From positions 163,744,001 through 163,808,000 of the forward strand of contig NC_086097.1 of the NCBI RefSeq assembly GCF_963921235.1: DNA of 64,000 bases, read 5' to 3'. The translations under genes and the position numbers were made by a program. The stretch's first letter is position 1, and each line of letters opens with the position of its first letter. This DNA comes from Mobula hypostoma (lineage: Eukaryota). This document shows positions 1 to 13,697 of this stretch, piece by piece. The notes under the pieces were generated by a model. That model was not told where the DNA came from. It made no database searches and saw only the letters and a list, made by a program, of their open reading frames with translations.

Positions 1-2742
1 TTGGCTTTGAGGAAATCCTTTGGGTAATGCATAATTTTCTTCATATTTAAAAAAAATACACTGTCTTGCACTGGAAGACCTTCTGAGATCGCCTACGTTA
101 ATTCTGACACTGCGATTGTTTGATGTAGCCTTGGACACGTGCTTTTGGAGAATACACTGTGGAATTACACACACAGTAATCAATATACATTCATTCTTCC
201 CCCCCACTTCCCCTTCTACCTATTCATCTTTTTGTAATTCTCCTTTCTCTCAAATCTTCTAACATTTTTAGCCCTCATATGCAACCATTTTTCTGACCAT
301 CAATGTTATAATTTCAAATTTAGTTTTTAAGAGAATCAAACAGCATAGAAGTAGGCCATTTATGTCAACTCATCCATTGGCACCTTTCCTTATAAATCCC
401 ATCTCCCAGCACTTGGTTAATAGACTTAAACCATTCAAGTGTGCATTTATACACCTCTTAAATGCAATCAGTGATTCAGTTCCATTCATTTTCAATCACT
501 TTCTCAGGTGGTGTATTCCAGGCATTTATCATTCTTTATCTGAAGAAGGGTCCTCCTCGGATCACCTCTGAATCTTTTCCCCCGACCCTAAACCTACAGT
601 ATATCCTTTAGTTTTATCTACCCCTGGTATACGGGATAGTGTCCTGCTATCTACCCGGTCTGTATTCCTCAGAATTTTATTTCTTTCAGCTATATCCTTA
701 CTTGTAACCTTTTCTGCTCCTGCTTCTCCAGCCTCTCTTCATAACTGAACCATTTCATTCCAGTCAACATGTTGGTGGATCTTCTCTGCACCCTCTGTCA
801 CATCCTCCATATACCATTGTTGTGACTGTTTCTTGAACGAGGGTTTCCTGAGGCAGGTAAATTGCACAATGTATTTATTCATCCTAAGCAGATTTTCTGA
901 TGTATCTCTTTCTCCTCCATTGTCATGCAAGAATGCAGTGATGACTTATACTTTTTACATACAAAGGTAACAATATACAATTAAATACTGTTTCCATGGA
1001 ATAATTACTTATTTTAACATTTTGAGTGTTGACAAGTAACCTTGCAGAATAACATGGCTACAATCAAAGCACATCCCAAATAGCAGAATTCCTTTGAACA
1101 TTCAAATACCATTGGCTGGTCCAATGTCTGCTGAGCACCAAGCACCCAATCCTCAGAATATACTCATTTGTCACAGTGTTGAGGGTTGGTCTGTTGGATG
1201 TATAAAACATAGGCAAAACAGACAATAAATTGTGTATTAAATAGCAGGAATATGTGTTTAATCATATATGTATTAATGCAGGAGATGTTCACATAATGCC
1301 CTCCCCGATCTCATGACAGATGATTCAATATGCGCTGGTTAATATAAATGTTTACTTATTGCCTTCCCATGTGTAATTGCAAAGGTGCAGAATTGGGATT
1401 CCTGCAAACAATGGCTGATTTTGATGGTCTTAAAGTATCATAAGATGTCACATTGTTTGACAAAATATCATTGTACAAGTGCCAATAGAAGCAAATTTCT
1501 TAAATGTCCTCCTGTCATTAGCCAGCAGCCTGTGATCTGTAACAGACAATGGTGTCTGTTTTGAATAGTATGGAGAGGTTACAAAACCTTTTTGAAGATT
1601 GGTTTGCATTTGAATTAACTAGCTGCCATCTTCATTCCATAACTTATGAAAATTGCCCCATAACTAACAGTCATAGAGTTACAGAGTCCTACTGTGCAAA
1701 AACAGACCATTCGGTCATCTAATCACTGCCTAGTTGCATTGATTCACAACTGGACTACAGCCTACCATACCCCTCCCATCCATGTATTATTCAAACTTCT
1801 CTTGACTTTTGCAATTGAATCCACACTCGCACCACCCTTTGAATGAAGAAGTTCACCCTCAGCTTTCCCTTAATTATTTCATCTTTCACCCCTAACCTAT
1901 GACCTCTAGTTCCAGTCTCACACAACCTCAATGGAAAAAAGCCTAATTATTTACCCTATCTATACTCCTTATAATTTTGTATGTTTCTTTCAAATCTCCT
2001 CTCATTCCCTTACGCTTCAAGGAAAAAAAATATCCTAAGCTATTTGATATTTTCCTATAACTCATTCTTTCCTCATTCTCCCCATGTATTTCATCTTATC
2101 TTTAACTCTCTTTACTTTTCTAATCCTCCCTCCTACTTCTTTCCAAACATATTTTCTTTACCCCTTTTCACCATCCTTCCATGTTTTCATCCAGAAACAT
2201 CTTGCTCTGAGCCAGTTTCAGCATCTCTAGGTTTTAACTTTGTGATTTTCTCCCAAAGAACTAAAGCAACAGCTCCAAATAATGATGTTTTCAATGGTGG
2301 AGGAGTTTAGGACCAGAGGGCACACCCTTGGAATAGAAGAAAACCTTTAGAACACAGTTGAGGAGGAACTTCCTTAGCCAAGTGGTAATGAATCTGTGGA
2401 ATTTATTGCCACAGATGGTTGTGGAGGCCAAGTCATTGGATCTATTTATAGTTGAGCTTATTAGGCTCTGGATTTGTAAGGGTGTCAAAGGTTACAGGGC
2501 AAAGGCAGGAAAATGGGGTTGAGAGGGAAAATAAATAAGCCATGGCTTAATGGTGGAGTTGACACAATAGGCCAAATGGCTTAATTTTGTTCCGATGTCT
2601 TGTGGCTTTATGGTCATATGGTCAAGGATCAGCTCAGCTATAACCGCAGGTTTCTACTGGAAGACTCCATCCTAACAGAGCCTTGACTGTCTAATGAATC
2701 TGACCTTGCCAGGTTGACCCTTAGACAAGTCATGGACAAGTC

Positions 2743-2842
2743 TAGTCCTGGCGAAGGGTCTCGGCCCGAAACGTCAACTGCACCTCTTCCTAGAGATGCT
2801 GCCTGGCCTGCAGCGTTCACCAGCAACTTTGATGTGTGTTTC
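2743..2842 (+). mobile_element. Isolated Penelope 3' terminal fragment with a mutated hammerhead core
   Basis: TAGTC-CTGGCGA-AGGGTCTCGGCCC-GAAACGTC-AACTG followed by GATGCTGCCTGGCCTGCAGCGTTCACCAGC, matching 14794-14890. Confidence 0.8.
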
Positions 2843-3358
2843 ATCGAACATTCATTGATTTATTGCTGCTCTGTGGCTTCGATGTTTATCTAGGAGTAGA
2901 AAGTAACTTTCCTGTAATTTTGATTGAAGTTTAAATGTATGAATTCACAAAACTGTTACACCAAAATGTGAACATTGATTCAATGGACAGTACTTATCTG
3001 GAGGTACAGCTATGTACATTGTTACATTCTTACTCTGCCTGATCTTTAATGATAAATGCCCCTGGTGCTGCAGTACAAATGATTCATGGATACAGGTGTG
3101 GCAGAGTTCCTTTTAGTTGTGTTTTTCTCACTACTGCAGATGTTTGTAATTTATTGTGTTAATCAACAGTGTGTTACTGAGGGAAGAATATAAATTGAAC
3201 AATAGCCAAAATACTGAGGATGGTCGAAATCAGAAAAACAATCTGAAAATGCTGGAAAGCACTTGGCTTGTACTTAATTGAAGTATTGAAAATTGCAGTG
3301 CTATATTGCAAATGTTTTTATCCCAGATCATTTACTATTTCTTTTTTCATCATTGTAG

Positions 3359-3474
3359 CGAAAACTCCCCACTTCCTACGCCTGCAGAATGTAGAGGTTA
3401 ACGCGGGGCAGAATGCTACCTTCCAGTGCATGGCCAATGGGCAAACTTCCTTCACTGACAAACTTTGGCTTCAG
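3359..3474 (+). CDS. PTPRT: Internal coding exon (116 bp) of a type IIb receptor-type tyrosine phosphatase; N-terminal part of the Ig domain
   Basis: Pyrimidine tract and AG at 3357-3358; donor GTAAGA at 3475. Translates (A)[38 protein letters not shown], recognisable as the PTPRT/M/K/U Ig-domain start. LRLQNVEV and DKLWLQ favour PTPRT; the paralogue call is less certain than the family call. Confidence 0.85.
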
Positions 3475-4179
3475 GTAAGAAAAAAATCATAAACCAAGAA
3501 CACAAGAACGAAAGAATGAAACCAAAGTACTCAGCAGGCCAGGCAGCATCTATAGACAGAGATAGACAGAGTTTCTGGTCAATATGCTTTCATGAGAAAG
3601 TTGTAATGGAAGGTTGTTACTTAAAATTCTTTATATTTTTCTCTATTCCTCATATGCTGCCTTAGCTGTTTCACATTTTTAACATTTTCTCTTTTTCTAT
3701 TAAATTCAGCAGAAGTCACTACATTCATTGTTATTTAAATATGTTCTCCCAGCAGGTAATTCTTTGTATTGTTTCTACAGAATGGCTTTTGGTAGTTATG
3801 CAGGCTCAGAAGTTGAGAGTCTCACAGCTAAGTACTGCTGTGAGTTTCTGTACACATGCTCTTTATTTCCTAATAATTCTTACAAGAAATGTGTTGCATC
3901 TGAGCCACTTCCTACGGTACTGGTCTCTTAGAAAGATGACCGTCAGTCTCAACTTCCTGAGCAATACAGCATGTATTTTTGACCAGAGCAATGACAGCTC
4001 AGAAGGTGACTCAGCAAGTTTCCAGCCTTTGCTGAAGGTGGAATTTGCTTCATCTCAAGCACAGCTTCCAAGTCTGGAAGCCCCTCCCGTCAGTAAAAGA
4101 ACATCAAGTAAGCTAGAGCTTTCAATAAAATAACAGCAAAGATAGCATGAGGAACAATTTCTCTCAGTTCTGTTAATTA

Positions 4180-4640
4180 CTACTCCCTCCCTCTTCTTAT
4201 GCTTCCCATTCCTTATTCTGGTTTCCCCTTCACCCGTTCACCACCTTACTTGCCCATCACCTCTGAGGTGAGTTACCCTCCACCTTTCCTTTCTTCCATG
4301 GTCCTCTGTTCTATCCTATCAGATTCCCAAATTCCTTCTCCTTTAGCCCTTTGCCCTTTACCTTTTCCACCTATCATCTCTCAGCCTCTTATTTTATTCC
4401 CTGCTCACCCACCTACCTTTCCACTCACCTGGATTCAACTACCACCTGCCAGCTTGTACTCTTCCCCCGTGCCCACCTTCTTGTTCTGGCTTCCTCCTTC
4501 TTTCTTTCCAGTCCTGATGAAGGATCTCAGCGCAAAACGTCAACCCTTTATCCTCCTCTATAGATGCTGCTTGACTTGCTGAGTTCTGCCAACATTTTGT
4601 GTGTGTTGCTCAAGATTTTCAGTATTTGCCATATCGCTTG
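4180..4640 (+). mobile_element. Penelope-like 3' region (older subfamily)
   Basis: Pyrimidine-rich tract, then CAGTC-CTGATGA...AAAACGTC at 4509-4541 and the GATGCTGC...TGCTGAGTTC tail. Confidence 0.7.
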
Positions 4641-6969
4641 CATCTAGAGATGGCGTTGGTCTTTTTTTAATTGTCTAGATATGGGTTTTATTTGATTCCA
4701 ATGACAAGCCAGGAAAATTTTGCCACTTGATTTGAGTCTTAGAATATTGAAGCTGTATCTGAGCTGAGTTTTGGAAAGTTCTATATAATTGATCCTATTC
4801 TTTTACTTTTCCACAGAGTACTGCTAATATTCACTCTTCAGTGTAGATCCATTTTCTTTTGATAATTACATTAGAATTTGCTTCCTGTACTTTTACTATC
4901 TTGGATTCCAGACTATAATAACACAGTGAGTAAAAAAAAATTCTCACCTCTCCCAGAACTTATTTCTGATTATCTTAAGCCTCATCTCTATTACACCCTT
5001 TGCAAGTGAAAATCATTTTATCTAGCTACTTAGAAACAATCTTCATCATTTTGAGTACCTTGTTAAATCTATTCTTCAGGAAAATTGTCCCACTAGCTCC
5101 AGTCTTTTCATATGACAGGAACCTTTGATCCAGCACCATTGTTATAAATGTGCAATGTCTATTCAGCAGGGACACTGGAGTGTTGTGGCCAAAGGTTATG
5201 GAGCATTGTTAGACCGTGTCCTAGCAACAAATCCATACCTTCAGGAGAGGAAGCAGTGGGAAGAAAACAATTCAAAACATCAGTCAGCATTTACACTTAA
5301 AATATAGCTGTCACAACAGAAGTACATATGCCTACCATTTTTGAAATAAATTGGATTTAATTGTGACCATTGTGCTTCTAACAAAGATATATTTTAAATA
5401 TTTTAAATTGCTAGTTTAAATATTTTAAACTTCATAAAATTATCTTTCTTAAAATATCAACTGGTAGAAATTTTGAAAATTGGCATTTAAGTCAGTCCCA
5501 GAGCATTGGTAATCAAGAGTAATGAAGCAGTTGCTACAGCCTCATTACATAAAATGTCAATCTGATGCACACTTTTGAAGCAGCAAGTGGCTGATAATCA
5601 TTGAACAGTGTTGAAAGAAGCACAGAGAGAAACTAGCAGGAAAAGGGGAAAGTAACTGGTACTTTGCTCTTAAAATCTATTTGGTACAAGTAGCCATTTT
5701 GTTGCAAGGGTCGATCCAATTTGTGTAAACATAAACTTTAAAAAATTATTTATGTGCTTTTGAAATTCTTTGAGTCCGTTTGCAGTACATTCATTCAATT
5801 TGTCTATTAGATTCAAGTTTGTCTTACATTAAAGATCTATGTCAATGTTTAAAATTCATGTAAATGGGTTCTATTGCTGGTAGCAACATACAATTGTCTG
5901 AAGGAACTCAGCAGGTTGATCGTCATCTGGGAGGAAAGGACATGTCAATGTTTCAGACTGAAACACTGTATCAGGACTGTGGATGCAGAGTTTTGACTTG
6001 AAACATTAACAATAGCTTTTCTCTCACAGATACTGCTTGACCTGCTGAGTTTCCCTAGCAGATAGTTTGTTGCTCCAGATTCCAGCATCTGCACCCTCTT
6101 GTGTCACTATATTTGGTAGGCTCTGAGTTAATTTCATTTCCTTTGAGTTAAGGAAAGGAAATAAAACAAAAGATTATTCCAGGTAACTGTACATTCGCAT
6201 CTATTGGTAAAGGATTTACATTTGCGATACTCCCATTGCAAACACAGTTATGCAGAATTGGAATATTATCAATGATGCAGTTTAGAAACAAGGGCAGCTC
6301 AAGCAGGAGTTCACAGAGAGAGAGGTCAGGGTGGGGTGGGGAAGCATGAGTTTAGTTACTATCTGGACTGCTGAGGAATTTAAATTCAAGTAGCTAAATA
6401 AAAGTCTCAGTACAGCACAAAGTAGCCCTCAATACCTCGAGATTCAGGAGACAGATGATGGAATCTAGAGCAACAACAACCTGCTGGAACTCAACAGGTA
6501 CAGCAGCATCTGTTGGGGGAAGGAGCTTTTAGCAGTTTAGGTCAAAACTCTGGTCTGGTCTGTAAGTGACTCTAGCCTCTTAATGTGTTTATTACCTGGC
6601 TCAGTTCAGTAGTGGTAGAGATGAAGGGTAAATTCAGGACGTGTAGCTATGTTCATGTTCTATAATTTAATAACTAAATGAAATTTTACTTCCTGACTGT
6701 AAACTGTGAACATTACTTAAAAAGTACAAAGAGCATCTCCCTTCCAGTCAATAAGGCCATGAAAGAGAAGCACAATCTCACTGTTTTTCACTTTACTCCT
6801 TCAATGCCAACACTTGCCACCAATTCATCATAGTCCTTGAACTGGTTGGCTTATGAGTCTATATCAGAGGGCAAATTATTTTGTTGCTATAGGTTTATTA
6901 TTATCACGAGTACCAAAATACAGTGAAACGCTTGTCTGCATACAGTCAATACAGATCATATCACTGGTT

Positions 6970-7315
6970 AAACAGCTGACGTTTCTAGATGAGACCATAC
7001 TTCAGGACTTGAAAAGAAGGGGAATGAAGTCAGAATGAAAAGATGCAGGGAGGGGAAAGAAGATAGCCAGAAGGTGATTGGTGAAGCCAGGGGAAGGGGG
7101 AAAGGTAAAGGGCTGGTGAAGAGGGAATCTGATAGGAGAGTAGACCATAGGAGATAGGGAAGGAGGAGGGGACCCAGGGGAGGTAATAAACAGGTGAGAA
7201 GAGATAAGAGGCTAGAGTGGGCAATATAATAGGAGGGGAGGAGGAAGAAATGTTTTTTACTGGACAACAAAATCTTTATTCATGTTATCTGGTTGGAGTC
7301 TACCCAGACAGAATA
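6970..7315 (-). mobile_element. Penelope-like 3' region
   Basis: Purine-rich on the + strand; degenerate hammerhead at about 6973-7010; GIY-YIG C-terminal remnant near 7280-7310. Confidence 0.65.
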
Positions 7316-8400
7316 CATTTGAATGCATGTTGTATACAGGATAAGGTAAATGATCTTGCAGCACATTAGAGATGGGCAGGAATGATGTTGTGGGCATCAC
7401 TGAGTTGTGACTGAAAGAAGATTATATTTGGGAGTTTAACATCCAAGGATATACATTGTATCAAAAGAAATGGCAGGTAAGCAGAGGGTATCGTGTGGCT
7501 CTATTGATTGAAAAAAAATGAAATCAAATCCTTAGAAAGAGGTGGTAGAGTATTAGAAGTAGATCCTTTGTGGATGGAGTTAAAAAACTGAAGGGGTAAA
7601 AAGACCCTGATGGGAATATTATTCAGGCCTCTAAACAGTAGTCAGGATGTGAGCTACAAAGTACAATGGGAAATAGAAAATGTATGTCAAAAGGGCAATG
7701 TTGTGATAGTCATGGGGGATGGATTTCAATATGCAAGTAGATTGGGAAAATTATGTTGGTACTGGTTTTGGATCCCAAAAGAGAGAATTTGTAGAACGCC
7801 TATGAGATGGCTTTTTAAAGCAGCTTGTGTTTGAGTGTACAAGGGGATCAACTGTCCTGGATTGGGTGTTGTGTAATGAACTGGATCTGATTAGGGATCT
7901 TAAGGTAGAAGAACCATTAGGAGGCAGTGATCATAATATGAAATAATTCACCCTGCAATTTGAGGGGGAGAAGCTAAAATCAAATATATCAGTATTACAG
8001 TGGAGTAGAGGGAATTACAGAGGCAAGAGGGAGGAACTGGGCGAAGCTGACAGGGAGAGGACGTTAGCAGGAATGACCACAGAGCAGCAATGGCTAGAGT
8101 CTCTGGGAGCAATTTGGAAGATGCAGGATAGATAGCTCCTAAAGAAGAAGTAGTATTCTAAAGGTATAATACTTAAGAATGACTGACAAGGGAAGTCAAA
8201 TTCAAAAGAGATGACTTATAATAGAACAAAAATTACTGTAAAGTTAGAAGATTAGGAAGCTTTAAAAGAAAAAACAACAAAAGACAACTAAAAAGCCATA
8301 AGGAGGGAAAATATTTAAACTTAATTTAAACTAGCTAATAATATCAAAGAGGATAACAAAAGTTGTTATCAGATTTATGAAGAGTAAAAGGCAAGTGAGA

Positions 8401-10790
8401 AGGTTACTGGAGAAATTCAGACATGGCAAAGCATTGGAACCCCTAGGTTGTGAAGGAGTATGCTGAGTAGCTGTGTGGAGTTCTCCAGCACATTTTCAAT
8501 CTGAGTCTCAACCTCGAAAGGGTCCTGACTGTGTGGAAAAATATCATGTGTGATTGCAGTCCCCAAGAATGGCCAACCAAAAGTCTTGAATGACTACCGT
8601 CCAGAGGCCCTGACCTCACACATCATGAAAACCCTAGAGAGGCTGGTCCTGGCTCACCTCCGACTCCTGGTCAGATCAACCCTCAACCCCCTGCTGTTTG
8701 ACTACCAGGAGCACCTTGGGCTTGACGATACTGTCATCTACCTGCTGAACAGAGCCTACTCCCATTGGGATAAGCAGGGCAGCACTGTGAGGATCATGTT
8801 TTTTGATTTCTCAAGTACCTTCAATACCATACAGTCCTCGTTGCTGGGAGAAAAGCTCCATTCAATGCAGATTGGCTCTTCCATTATATCCTGGATAATG
8901 GACTACCTGACTGGCAGACCACAGTTTGTGCAGCTTCAGAGTTCTGTGTCTTACATGGATATAAGCCGCACTGGAGCCCCACAGGGGGACGGTATTGGCT
9001 CCCTTCCTGTTAACCCTGTATACCTCAGACTTTAGATATAACACTGAGTCATGTCATCTGAAGAAATTCTTTGATGACTCAGCAATAGTTGGGTGTATAA
9101 AGGGAGAAAGGAAGGGTGAATACAGGGCCCTGTTGGAGGACTTTGTCAAATGGTACGAATAGTCATACTTTATTGATCCCAGGGGAAATTGGTTTTCGTT
9201 ACAATTGCACCATAAATAATAAATAGTAATAGAACCTTAAATAGTTAAATACTAATAAGTAAATTGTGTCAGTAAATTATGAAGTAAGTCCAGGACCAGC
9301 CTATTGGCTCAGGGTGTCTGACCCTCCAAAGGAGGAGTTGTAAAGTTTGATGGCCACAGGCAGGAATGACTTCCTATGACGCTCTGTGTTGCATCTCGGT
9401 GGAATGAGTATCTGGCTGAATGTACTCCTGTGCCCACCCAGTACATTATGTAGTGGATGGGAGACACTGACCAAGATGGCATGCAACTTAGACAGCATCC
9501 TTTTTTCAGACACAACCGTGAGAGAGTCCAGTTCCATCTCCACAACATCATTGGCCTTACAGATGAGTTTGTTGATTCTGTTGGCGTCTGCTACCCTCAG
9601 CCTGCTGCCCAAGCACACAACAGCAAACATGATGGCTCTGGCCACCACAGACTTGTAGAACCTCCTCAGCATCGTCTGGCAGATGTTAAAGGACCTCAGT
9701 TTCCTCAGGAAATAGAGACGGCTCTGACCCTTCTTGTAGACAGCCTCCGTGTTCTTTGACCAGTCCAGTTTATTGTCATTTCGTATCCCCAGGAATTTGT
9801 AATCCTCCACCATGTCCACACTGACCCCCTGGATTGAAACAGGGGTCACCAGTACCTTAGCTCTCCTCAGGTCTACCACAAGCTCCTTAGTCTTTTTCAC
9901 ATTAAGCTGCAGATAATTCTGCTCACACCATGTGACAAAGTTTCCTGCCGTAGCCCTGTACTCAGCCTCATCTCCCTTGCTGATGCATCCAACTATGGCA
10001 GAGTCATCTGAAAACTTCTGAAGATGACAAGACTCCGTGCAGTAGTTGTGAATCATCTGCAGCTCAACATCAGTAAAACAAAGGAGATGGCGATGGACTT
10101 TTGAAAGACTAAGCCTACACTGCTCACTGTCATTATTGATGGTGAGGACATGGATCTGGTGAGGACCTAAAGGTACCTGGAGATGCATCTGGATGGCAGA
10201 CTTGAGTGGAGCACCAACGCAGAGGCTGTGTACAAGAAGATCAAAAGTTGCCTCTGCTTCCTGAGGAGACTGAGGACCTCTGGAGTATGCAGGTCTCTCC
10301 TTCATATGTTCTACTAGTCTGTTGTCACCAGTGCAATCTTCAGTGTGCTGGGGCAATGACATCACATGGGTGATGCCAGCAGCTCAATAAACTAATTAGA
10401 AAGACTGGCTCTGTTATAAAATTCAAACTGGACACACTGGAGTCTGTGGTAGAACATAGGACCCTATGGAAAATCATGGCAATTCTGGACAATGTTTCTC
10501 ACCCTCTGCATGCCACCTTGGCTGAGCAGAGGAGCACTTTTCGTAATTGACTAAGATAACTGTGCTGCTCCAAAGGGCGCTGTATGAGGTCATTCTTACC
10601 CTCAGCCATTAGGCTCTATAATGAATCAACCTATAGCCGGGGAAGTGATGACCTCTTCCTATTAGACTGATTGAGGTAGCTTATTTTTTTTATTCTTTCT
10701 TACTTCTCTTCTAATATTTGTATATCCGTGCACTTGTAATGCTACTGTGACCCTGTAATTATCTTTATGATCAATAAAGTATCTATCCAT
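8401..10790 (+). mobile_element. Rex1/Babar-like non-LTR element (pieces about 8401-9154 and 10049-10790)
   Basis: VPKNGQPKVLNDYRPEALTSHIMKTLERL and RIMFFDFSSTFNTIQ; 3' AATAAA plus short-repeat tail at about 10774-10790. Confidence 0.8.
9155..10048 (-). mobile_element. 5'-truncated Rex1/Babar-like element nested in the opposite orientation
   Basis: Open frame HLQKFSDDSAIVGC...KKGQSRLYFLRKLRSF...PVAIKLYN (9301-10047); the host Rex1 frame resumes at AATCATCTGCAGCTCAAC. Confidence 0.85.
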
Positions 10791-12180
10791 CTGTATCAAA
10801 CCACTGGAAAATGAAGTTGGAGAGGTAGTAATGCGGGACAAGGAAAAGGCAGACAGCCTAAATAAATATTTTGCATCAGTCTTCACTGTGGAAGATGTTA
10901 GCAGTATGCCAGAAGTTTGAGAGTGTCAGGGGGCAAAAGTGAGTGCAGCTGCTATACTAGGGAGAAGGTTCTTGGGAAGCTGAAAGATCTGAAAATAAGC
11001 CACCTGGAATAGATGGACTACACACCAGGGTTCTGAAGGAAATAGCTGAAAAGATTGTGGAGGCATTCGTAATGATCTTTCAAGAAACACTAGAGCCTGG
11101 CATGGTTCTGGAGGACTAGGAATTGCAACTAGCAAGAATCGCTGGAGGCAGAAAGAAGGAAATTGTAGGCCAGTTAGCCTGACCTCAGTAGTTAGAACAT
11201 ATTGGAGTTGGTTGTTAAAGATGAGGCTTTGGGGTACTTGGAAGCAGATGAAAAAATGGGCCAAAGTGAGCATTGGAATTCTTTGAGGAAATAACAAGAA
11301 GGATAGACAAAGGAGAATCAGTAGATGTTGTGTATTGGAATTTTTAAAAAGCATTTGACATAGTGCTGCACATGAGGCAGCTTAGCAAGGTAAGAGGCCA
11401 TCGTTTTGCACAAGAGATGCTAACATGGAAAGAACATTGGTTGATTGACAGGAAGCAAAGAATGGGAATAAAGGGAGCCATTTGCAATTGACTGCCAGTG
11501 GCTAGTGGTACTCCGCAGGAGTCGATGTTTTTATGTTGTATGTCATTGACTTGGATGATGGAATTGATGGCTTTGTGGCCAAGTTTGCAGACAATACGAA
11601 ACTAGGTGGAGGGGCAGGTAGTTTTGAGGAAACAAGGAGGCTGCAGAATGACTCAGACAGATTAGGAGAATGGGCAATGGACTGGCAGATGGAATAGAGT
11701 CAGAAAGTGCACTTTGGTAGAAGAAATAAAAGCATAGATGATTTTGTATAAGAGGATAAAATTCAAAAATCTGAGGTGCAAAGAGACTTGGGAGTCCTCG
11801 TGAAGGATTCCCTGAAGGTTAACTTGCAGGTTGAGTCAGTGGTGAGGAAGGCAAATGTAATGCTAGCATTTATTTCAAGAGGACTAGAATATAAAAGCAA
11901 GGGTGTAATACTGAAGCTTTATAAGGAACTGGTGAGGTCTTATTTGGAGTACAGTATTGTGAGCAGTTTTGGGCCTCTTATCTAACAAAGGATGTGTTAA
12001 CATTGGAGAGGGCTCAAAGCAGTCTAATGAAAATGATTCTGGGATTAAAAGGCTTATCATATGAGAAACATTTGCTAGTTCTGGGCCTGAAGTCACTGAA
12101 ATTTAGAAGACGGTGGGGGGGGGGTCTTATTGAAAACAATCGAATGTTAAAAGGCTTATATAGAGTGGATGTAGAGAGGA

Positions 12181-13390
12181 TCTTCCTTTTCGCAGTGGGA
12201 AGCTCGGGTGAACATGGGTGTTGGGGAAATGGAGGAGGTGCAGGTGCGGGCAGCATCAATAGTGGAGGAAGGGAAACCACGTTCTCTGAAGAGGGAGGAC
12301 CTGTCTGATGTCCAGGAAAGGAAACCCATATCCAGGAAACAGGTTGCAGCAGAGATGAAAGAACTGAAGAAAGAGAATAACATTTTTATAGGAGACAGGG
12401 TGGGAAGGGGTATAGTCATGATAACTGTGGGATTCAGTATGCTTATAAAAGATGTCAGTCGACAGCTTGTCTCTTGAGATTGAGACAGAGAAATTGAGAA
12501 AAGGGTGGGAGGAGACAGAAATGGGCCAAGTGAATTTATGGACAGGATGGAAGTTGGAGGCAAAGTTGATGAAATTGATGAGCTCAGCATGGGTGCATGA
12601 AGCAGCATCAATGCAGTTGTCACTGTAGCAGAGGAAGAGTTGGGGAGCATTACTGAGGAAGGCTTGGGACATTGACTGTTCTACATACCCAGTGAATAGG
12701 CATGCATCCCTGGGGTCTATCCTGGTGCCAATGGCTACCCCTTGAGTCTGAAAAAAGTGGGAGGAGCCGAAGGAAAAATTGTTGAGAGGTGAGGACCAGT
12801 TCTGCCTGTTGGTGATGGATGTGTTGGAAAGAAACTGGTTGGTTCCTTTATTGAGAAAGAACCAGAGAGCTTCAAGCCCTTCTTATTGGGGATAAAATTG
12901 TATAGAGACATGATGAAAAGGAGGCAGTCAAGGCGAGGGAAATGCAAGTTAGTGAGGAGATGGAGACCATGAGGGGTGTTACGGATGTAAGTGGGAAGGG
13001 ACTGAACCAAGAGCGATAGAATGGAGTAGAGATAAGAGGACACAAGTTCAGTGGGGCACGAGCAGGCAGAGAGAATAGGCCTATCTGGACAGGCAGGTTT
13101 GTGGATCTTGGATAGGAGATAAAAGTGAACAGTGTGAGGTAAGGGAACTATGGGTTTGGTTGCAGTAGATGGGAGTTCTCCAGTGTTGATAAGGTCACTG
13201 GTGTCAGAGATGGTTTTCTGATGGTCTGGAGTGGAGTCCCCTTCAAGGGGTAGGTCTGAGGAGGTGTCTGAGAGTTGCTGCCTGGCCTCCACAAGGTAGA
13301 GATCAGTGTGCCACACTACAACAGCACCCCACTTTGCGGGTTTGATGGTCAGGTTGGGGATTGATGCAGAGAGAGTGGAGGGCAGGCAAT
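12181..13390 (-). mobile_element. Degenerate Penelope-like RT fragment inserted in a CR1
   Basis: Minus-strand ORFs with KIHKPACPDRPILSACSCPTEL and FINFASNFHP, homologous to the 26677 ORF. Confidence 0.85.
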
Positions 13391-13697
13391 TTCTTGCGAC
13401 AGGTGGTTAGTTTCTGCCTAGAGGGTTCTGAAGGCTAATACATTAGATATATTTGGAGTGGAGCAAGATAATGGGGTGGGGGGTGCATGGAGGCTCTGTG
13501 AATCTGCCATGAAACAGGAGTTGAAGCCTTGGCTAGATCAGCCATGATCATAGTGAATGGCTAGACAGGTGTGAGGGGCTGAGTGGTCTACTGCTGCTCC
13601 TATTTTCTAGCATTTTTGGAAGAGAGGGACAGTAGACTTCCTTCACTCAAAAACGAAATGAGTTTTTACAAGAGTCTGGTGGCTTCCAGATTACCAT

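Larger units (their letters stand above)
7310..13610 (+). mobile_element. Degenerate CR1 LINE ORF2 split by Rex1-like and Penelope insertions (pieces about 7310-8400, 10795-12180, 13390-13610)
   Basis: Endonuclease remnants (VIVMGD), RT and C-terminal remnants (QRDLGVLV...KANVMLAFISRGLEYKS) and CR1 3' tail; colinear across the inserts. Confidence 0.8.

Noticed and set aside
3268..3492. 74-aa ORF as a standalone gene
   Set aside because: Only 3359-3474 is coding; the rest is intron read-through around canonical splice sites.
9301..10365. 354-aa ORF as one protein
   Set aside because: Chimeric: the first roughly 105 aa are the antisense of the host Rex1 copy; only 9301-10047 is real RT sequence.
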